Shown: in pieces, positions 55,897 to 64,000 of the stretch
Layout of the letters: every line of letters begins with the position of its first letter
Position numbering within the stretch: the first letter of the stretch is position 1
Origin: Eledone cirrhosa
Lineage: Eukaryota
Length of the DNA stretch: 64,000 bases
Assembly (NCBI GenBank): GCA_964016885.1
Contig: OZ024747.1
Coordinates: forward strand, 19,964,001-20,028,000
Direction: 5' to 3'
Program-made: the position numbers and the translations under genes
Notes under the pieces: generated by a model
Database searches by the model: none
The model's input: only the letters and a program-made list of their open reading frames with translations
What the model was told of the DNA's origin: nothing

Positions 55897-58654
55897 TGTG
55901 TCTTATTCTGCCAGAGTTGCAGTGTTACTTACTTATCGCCCCCCCCCCCCCCAAAAAAAAAAAATTATTATATCTAAGTTGTGGTTGGCCTGTGGGAACA
56001 CATAAGCAATGGCGACATACAGATTCAGAATGAAAAAAATATACGAAATAAACGTTACCTTATCTGAACTCTTCCTAGAAGAAAAGCACTTTATTACTTA
56101 TGGTAGGTCCCATTAGACCAGTGGGATTCATGTTAAATTTAATCTCTTGATGCATTATTATTTTCACCTTTGTGTTCTTCGTTCTAATCTTCCCAAAATT
56201 CAAATTCATTTTCAATTCCGTTGCGCTTGTAATGGAAGTGTCAGAATTTTACTGAAGGCAAATCCTAACTGATGCAATATAATATGTATATGTAATGTTG
56301 TAATGTAAATTGAATAGGTGCCGTTCAGGTTCAATGTACTTTACCATCCGCTCATTCTTTTTTTACAAGTAGCTCCCTAGTTGTTGCTAGAGGGAAGAAA
56401 TTGACGGGTATCATAGGAATTAAAGAATTCAAAACGCCAATATTTAGTTGTTAAATTCTTTCATTATATCTCAAATCTGAGAAAAAAGTATATTCTTTGA
56501 AAAATATATACTTCGTCAACAGGTAAAACACTGCCTTTTGTCATGTCTTCTTCTTCTTCTTCTTCTTCTTCTTCTTCTTCTTCTTCTTCTTCTTCTTCTT
56601 CTTCTTCTTCTTCTTCTTCTTGATATTGCAATGCATTATGTACGAGGTATGTGGCCGAGGTTAACTCGACTGAAACGTGAGGGTTTGTATGTGTAAGTGT
56701 GTGTGTGCGTGAGTGTGTGTGTGTGTATCTACGACTGTGTGCCAGTGTAGTTGAAAAGTCCTTTTGAAAGTGTGAAAATATTCAATATATTTGAGATGTG
56801 TACACAATAAATATAACTAGAATGTGATATATAATGATATCTCGCTATATTCAGTTTTAAAATCATGTGTAGATAATTACTGCATTTCTTTCCTACTTGG
56901 ATTATGACCTATGGGTATGTTCAGCGGAGTTATAAACACAGCTAGAATATAAACACGTATTCTCAAATTTGTTCTGTGTTTTTCTTATTCACAACAGATC
57001 TAGATGATAAAGCAGACAGTTCAGAGAAACGTAACAATCTACTATTGTAAACGTTGATGTCTTCTTTTCCAGCCAGCAGTGCTCAGCTGAACTATAATCG
57101 TATATATAAATTAAGAGAAGTCTGTAGAATCTCAAAGTTTACAGAAATAAATGAATAGCCTTGTTTATCTGCAAGATGAATAGCTCTGTAAAAATATTCT
57201 GTCGCCTAATGTTTCATGTCGCTAGTGAAAATATCAATATTTTCATTATTAATGCACGAATATTTTTATTACCAACATTATTATCAGAACTATAGCCACC
57301 CCCAATATGAACATCGCTGAATATGCAAGCCAAGCAATTCACAGGTGGTGATTTGTGACCAAAACGTGTAGGTTGCGTTTACACCATATTTCAAAAAGTC
57401 ACGTCGGCAGTATTGCTGTCTTGTGATGAAGATATTGGGGACTTGGCAGGTATGGTATAATCCATATTGAATTTCATATATTGAATAAAGTTATGAGTAT
57501 ATGTTTGTGTGACCCGAGTAATCGGAATCACCATCATCATTATCATTATCATCACCTTCGGGTGTTATATTCCAATTCAGTTCTTATTCGGAATTCCCAC
57601 CCTTCTATACATATTAGGCGACCATGTCACTTTGATACGTACTGACTTCTGCTTAGTTTCTATACTTGGCCATCTGTCATAATACTTACAATATAAACCG
57701 ATATTTGGTTCTTATCCATGGTCATATGTTTCTCAGTGAAGATAATTCTTGTCCCCGATTATAAAAAAAATCACATGCCCTGAAAATGAGTTTGAGTAAC
57801 GGAACCAACCCCTAGTAGCGAAATACGCAATGTAAATAGACCTGAAACTAAAACAAAAACTCAAAATAATTTTTAAAAGAATTTAGTGAATTCGATTGCC
57901 TGAATGATATTAAGTGAGGACTGGGAATTTAACATCCAAGGAGCGTTTTATATTACATAATTATACGTGCACTTGGGGCAAGGCGAAAAATGTGATTCAC
58001 TTAGCTTAACGGATTTAGTCTCTTAACTAAAGCTGTTTCATTAACATGATTATTCTTATTTCAATTAAGCGAACATAACAAGCTATTCCCGAGAGTATAT
58101 TGATGGAATGGCGACAATTATCTATGTCTTAAGATATTTGTTTTGCAAGAAGAAATTAACTCAACTTAGCTTACCACTTATAAATCACCAGCGATATTTA
58201 CACTGCCTCCACGACTTACTGTAATTTCTTGTTACCTTACATTGTACTCTCAGCTTAACTGACTGGAAAATTGCAGTAAGTATATTCGCCATGTATACAT
58301 CACAATATATCCTGGCGTATCGGCAGAGTCGTTAAAACGTCGGATAGATGGCTTTGCAGTATTCGTTCTGGCGCTCCCTTTTGTTGAATCCGGCTGAGGT
58401 CAAATTTGGCTTTAATACTTTCGAGGCCTATAATAATGTACCAATCAAGTACTGACATCGAGTGTTTATTCAGGGGCTCTCTTTCATGTCTACAGTCACT
58501 TATACTCACTGTTCCTTTCTCTGGAGGTAATTTAGACGTGAGGTAATAATCTCGTCATATTTAAAATGTCCAGTACGGCAGACTATATCTCCAGCAGGAG
58601 TTAGAGTACATACATTATGTTTACATAAATGAATACACACGTACAATGGTTTCT

Positions 58655-58858
58655 TATATAGGCACAATGCCAGCAATAGTGGGGTGGGTCGATTAAATCG
58701 ACCCCAGTTCGTGAATGGGTCATTTTTTTAATCGACCCCGTAATGATGAAAGGCAAAGTTAACCTCGGTGGGATTTGAACTCAGATCATAAAGGGCCGTA
58801 ACTCTATGCTGCAAAGCATGACATCCGACCCTCTACCGATACTGCTAATCCACCGCCC
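58655..58858 (-). mobile_element. SINE family A (longer variant)
   Basis: Reverse complement of the head and core, with an extra ggggtcgatttaatcgacc segment before the tail. Confidence 0.85.
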
Positions 58859-59640
58859 TAATACACACATAAAATGAGAGGACAGTATGCTCCAGCTGGT
58901 TAATAATTTCTCTAGTGTTCTATGATCTTAGATAAATTTTCAGCTCGGAACATCTTAAAGGAAAGCATAACTATAATAAAATCGTCCTTCCAAGTCTCCA
59001 TATGAGTGTGATAATTCAATATTCTTTAATATATATCTGCCAATATGATTGATTTCTAAATTAAGTAAAAGGCCAGCAAATTTTGGATGAATAAGAAATT
59101 TGATGAATAATGCTATGTACCTGACGGGTACATTATTTAATCGACCGTAGAAGGATGAATTGAAAAATGAACTCAAGCATAGAGTCAAAACAGATATCCT
59201 GAAGTCATTTTATTCGACACTCTATCGATCCTGCTAAACCACCACCTGCAAATGCCTAAGTTATTAGAACTACTGTAACGTAGAGTAATGAGTTTCTTTC
59301 TTGAATGTATTCAGAATAAATGTCCAAGTAGATATCTGGTATTAATATATGTAGTGTACACGGAAATCTCTATAAGAGTTAAACGGTAAGTATTTCTTCA
59401 AATATTCTTTACAACTGTTGAACAACAATCTCGATTTAATTAAATATTCATCATAGTTATTGCCCGTCATTTCTATAGGTGTTTTGTTGATGATGTTGTC
59501 ATTATTTTCCATTTACGTATGACATCGGAGATAAAGATGCAAAAAGAAAGTGTGATTGTACTGGGTAATGGTAATTTTGGTTTATAACTAATTTCCTATA
59601 TATTGCAAATCATAAAGGTGTTGCGTCGCCCCCCCCCCCC

Positions 59641-59781
<141 letters not shown>

Positions 59782-60326
59782 AGGGACTCCACATGGTCTA
59801 GTGTTATCTGAAAAGCCCTATCAACTATGATGCTATACACTAGAAAACACATATAAACCAAATCACTTAATATAATTATACTTATATACTCTTAGGTTAA
59901 ATCAAAACCCGAAAGGTCGAAAGAGTTATCGCAACGTATTCCGTCCGATGAGCTAACAAATATGCAAAATTAAATGATTTGATCTGGAATTTGATTTATT
60001 AGCTCCGAAAATATGAACAGAAAATGTGACCTGAATCAATTGGTGAACCAGATCAGTGAACCAGATCAAATAGCAGACAGAACTCAAGGTAAATATCACC
60101 TTATATGATAGAACTGCGTATATTTTTGATACGTATTTTACTTATGTCTCTTGAACAATTAGTCATGTTCTTTTTTCTCTGAGAATTAATTATCTCTTTG
60201 AGAGCGAAATGCAACTGATATCGTATATATATATACCGCAGTTCACTGTAATAATAATAATAGTATTAGCTCAAAGAAGAATAGAGAATTTCCATGAGGT
60301 TAGATGTGTAGTGTTCAGTGCTCGCA

Positions 60327-60401
60327 TTTGCTGACTGAGGATCCTGTGACCTGATACTTCACATAGAGGTGGTGAAACGAAGCGAGATTCGTATCAGCAA
60401 A
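60327..60401 (+). ncRNA. Type I hammerhead ribozyme with a full stem III
   Basis: tttgctga-CTGAGGA-stem II (tgtga/tcaca)-GAAA-cgaa gcgaga ttcg-TA-tcagcaaa. Confidence 0.7.
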
Positions 60402-60582
60402 ATATAGTTATAAGGTTTGTGATTTAAAACTCTAATCCAGAGATTTGATTCTGAATTGGTTTTTTTCTATTTAATTGGTAACCTGTAGATATTGTTCTCT
60501 ATACAGTAACGGTAAATCGCTTGTAATAATTCGTTACACACATCTCACTGTGTAACACACTTCTCTTTGTGTAATATATACT

Positions 60583-60691
<109 letters not shown>

Positions 60692-60695
60692 GTAT

Positions 60696-60906
60696 ATAGG
60701 AACGAGTAGGACCCCGACGGCTGAGCTCAAGCCATTTCGACGGCTAATTCTGGACTAGAATCTTTTAGTCCAGAATTAGCCGTCGAAACGGCTTCAGCTC
60801 AGCCGTCGTGGTCCTACTCGTTCCTATTACCCATTCTACTACCCTAAGTATTGAGTACTTTGGTGCGTTATGGTCCACCTGGTTCCTTACCACATTTCCT
60901 CCGTTA
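60696..60906 (+). mobile_element. Palindromic PLE insertion truncated inside a hammerhead
   Basis: Arms 60696-60757 and 60766-60827. Retains GAAA-cggct...agccg-TC. The tail is shared with 12941-13012. Confidence 0.75.
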
Positions 60907-60927
60907 TATATATATATATATATATAT

Positions 60928-61302
60928 ATATTAATTCAAAATATTAACAAAAATAGACATTTGTGTGATCAAGTATATTTTATTATACATATTTCAGATG
61001 TACTGAGCTATCTTCAACAGTACGTCCTCATCAGATAAAATAAGATGATGCATGACATACCCTGACATAGTAGATGTGAGGGTATGTCATGCATCATCTT
61101 ATTTTATCTGATGAGGACGTACTGTTGAAGATAGCTCAGTACCTCTGAAATATGTATAACAAAATACACTTGATCACACGAATGTCTATTTTTGTGAATA
61201 TTTTGAATTAATATTAATAACTCCGGAAAACCATATATTGAGTGCTTCCAATCTATTGTGAAACTCATTCTTTGATTTATTCATTGAACCCTTTTCAACC
61301 TT

Positions 61303-61305
<3 letters not shown>
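60928..61305 (+). mobile_element. Palindromic PLE insertion in (AT)n
   Basis: Arms about 60928-61068 and 61074-61213. Tail has AACTCC...GAGTGC. Confidence 0.85.
61101..61165 (+). ncRNA. Type I hammerhead ribozyme (mirror copy at about 60977-61041)
   Basis: attttat-CTGATGA-ggacgtactg...cagtacctct-GAAA-tatgta-TA-acaaaat. The mirror copy has a perfect stem I. Confidence 0.8.
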
Positions 61306-61376
<71 letters not shown>

Positions 61377-62240
61377 GTATGTGGGTAACCATGTATGTAT
61401 ATATATCTATATATATATGTATGTTTGTGTCTGTGTGAGTATATATGTGTATATGTATGTATTTATGTATGTATATATGTGAGTGTTTGTGTCTGTATGT
61501 GTGTATGGAATAGCTTTTCAATCAAACGTGATTATGCTCCTGTGTTATAATATTTATTATAGATTTCTTTTATATTTCTTTATTATTTCTTTGTTCTTTG
61601 TTTGCCACAAGAGCATTCCCCACACCATTGTCAAAAGAAGAATTGTCATAAAGGATCAGCTGATTCTCTGTAATAGTATAATACCATGCCAGGGTGGGAG
61701 ATCATGGACATCTGATTTAACATTTCTCAATAGTTTAAGTAGTGTAGTTATGTTAATTTCTTTCAGGGATGTTGTAGTTATGTTTTAATGTTTTGTGTTT
61801 GTACTGATACTACTTGAGCCTCCATATTTACTTGCCTTGTTTTCGTTGGAATATATAGAATTGTTGTATTATCGAATAATTCAGTTCGTACTTACGTCTT
61901 CTTTTACATGTAGTTTATGTATATATCTTACGATGGTACTTTGTTGCAAGTGCCTGGTTAACCGATGGCAAAGTTGCTTGTGTATTCGTTAAAAACAATT
62001 GCTGGCATGACTTTCACAACTTACATATTTGCATTGAAAATCTATATAATACATTGATCATTTGCAGATTGCTCTTCAGTGTGTGTGTTACGGGGAAGAG
62101 CTTTGGTATTTTAATCATATAATTTAATATGAGTAATTGGTTAGGATCAATGTATGTTCAGCTTTGTTTTATAGGGTTATAAGCGATGACATTTTCAAGC
62201 ACACACACACATATATATATATATATATAAATATATATAT

Positions 62241-62520
62241 GGAGGCTCGTTGGCCTAGTGGCAAATGTGTTGGACTTACGAACATAATGTCGTGGCTTCG
62301 ATTCCTGGGTTGCGTGTTTGTTCTTTAGCAAAACACTTTATTCCACGTTGATCCAGTATAGTCAGCTGAAAATGAGTACCAGCAATAGCTGGGGCCGTAA
62401 CCCTGCGATGGACAGACGTCCTGTCTAGGGAGGAATCTTGTACACTCACTCGCTTCACGCCACGAAACCGAGATAAACGCCGGCCAAAGGAGCCTTCTGA
62501 CTTAAGACAGACTTTAGACT
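62241..62520 (+). mobile_element. tRNA-derived SINE related to family B with a different 3' half
   Basis: A-box TGGCCTAGTGG, B-box GGCTTCGATTCC, CORE-like tttagcaaaacactttattccacgttg, and a short (AGACTTT)-type tail. Confidence 0.7.
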
Positions 62521-62748
62521 TTAGATATATATATATATATATTGTTGTTGAAAAGATTTAGAATTAAATCAATATATACATATATAAAGAATAAAATATT
62601 TCCGTGTAACGTTCTTCATTAAAATAATCAATGTGTATGAATGGATATATTGGACATATAAACAGTAAAATCACAATCACATCTTTCCTTTTCCTGGTTG
62701 ATGTTTCCGAATATTTATACTGATAGAAAAGCATACAATTGTAAATAT

Positions 62749-62930
62749 AATTGTTTCTACTCTTTGGCACAATGACAGCAATTATCCCAGTGCATTACTG
62801 GTACTTTATTTTATCGAGCCCGTAAAGTTAAAAGGCAAAGTTAACCTCGGTGGTATTTGAACTCAGAATGGAAAGGGCCGTAACTCTATATGTCAAAGCA
62901 TGGGATCCGCCCCTCTACCGATACTTCCAC
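62749..62930 (-). mobile_element. SINE family A
   Basis: Reverse complement of the family consensus. Confidence 0.88.
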
Positions 62931-63292
62931 TTGTAAATATAATACTTTGAATAGATTATCATGTATATTTTAACTCACAACATTTATTTGGTGTTCCTTT
63001 TAGCTTTTGCAAACAATCAGTTCTCCTTATGAGTGTATCCTGCATGAAATTTGTTTTATTTTCTGCTCCATTGCTTGCCATTACATTTTCTCTTTTACAA
63101 ATTAAAATTATTATTGGTGTGTGTACGTATTGTTACAGGTTTCCTCTGTTTCTTCATGTCTACGTCGTCGTTGTCGTCATCGTCATCGTTGTTGTCATTG
63201 TTGTTGTCGTTGTCGTCGTCGTCATTATTGTTGTTTTTGTCTTTGTTGTTGTTGTTGTGCTTCTTCTTCTTCTTCTTCATATTATTTTAATA

Positions 63293-63420
63293 CGTTCTGA
63301 GTTCAAATCCCATCGAGATTAACTTTGTGTTTCATCCTTACGGGGTCGATAAAATAAAGCACCAGTAATACAATGTGGTAATTGCTGGCCTTGTGCCTAA
63401 AGTAGAAACAATTATTATTA
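63293..63420 (+). mobile_element. SINE family A, 5'-truncated
   Basis: B-box, core and tail present. Confidence 0.85.
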
Positions 63421-63627
63421 TTGCTATTGTGGTTATTATAATTATTATGAACTCTTCGATAGTTTCATATACGTTTCTTATCCTCCACCTACTAAACATC
63501 CGACTTTTTATGTGAGTAGCATTGGATATTTATTTATATGTTAGTGTATTTCATCAGAACTCTTTGTTGCATCAGGTGTTTCTTCAATGTTTGGTATGTT
63601 ATGAATGATAGATATAGTGTACTTTTA

Positions 63628-63731
63628 ATAAGTACCTATTTTATAGGAGGATGTTATTCGATTTGCGCTATGCTATTGAATAAGTACCTATTTTATATGA
63701 GGATGTTATTCGATTTGCGCTATGCTATTGA
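63628..63731 (+). repeat. 52-bp tandem duplication
   Basis: aataagtacctattttata.gaggatgttattcgatttgcgctatgctattg occurs twice. Confidence 0.9.
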
Positions 63732-64000
63732 AAAGCTTAGCAGTGGTGTTTCTAATCTCTTTCCATCTTACATCGTTTGGGCTTGTAGCTAGATTAGCGA
63801 ATTCAAAAATTTAAAGACTGAGTCCCATCACACACAAACTTGCCTCTTTTTATAATCTTATACATAGTTACGTTCTGCACTCATATATTACTTTTCCTAT
63901 ACACATAATCCTGCTCAAGTCTAGACCCGTATATCCTGGAACAAGATTTAACCTGCACCAGCATCAATTAAATACAGTTACCTCTGTGGTATCGAAATCC

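Noticed and set aside
56000-58300. Host exons in the unique sequence
   Set aside because: Only isolated AG and GT signals are present, with no ORF of recognisable homology. Small exons cannot be excluded without RNA data.

Overview
This is an AT-rich, microsatellite-laden eukaryotic non-genic window. The SINE and LINE complement and the dense (AT)n, (AC)n and (AAT)n tracts suggest a cephalopod (octopus-like) genome, which is an inference. I can support no host protein-coding gene, and most listed ORFs are microsatellite read-throughs. Recognisable content: (1) two near-full-length Tx1/L1-clade LINEs and five R4/Dong-clade LINE copies that share (TAA/TTA)n targets in opposite orientation; (2) a CRE-clade LINE 3' fragment, RTE and CR1-like remnants, and an internally deleted Tc1/mariner element; (3) many copies of two tRNA-derived SINE families; (4) three decayed Penelope-like (Naiad-type) RT/GIY-YIG fragments. 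The most striking structure is a set of about ten sequence-unrelated long palindromes or mini-elements sitting in (AT)n tracts. Most carry a type I hammerhead ribozyme, including U3-A8 and U10.1-U11.1 core variants, and share a downstream ACTC...GAGTGC motif. A second notable signal is that the main SINE's 3' tail resembles the Tx1 LINE 3' terminus. All coordinates and pairings were read by eye and are approximate to a few bases.
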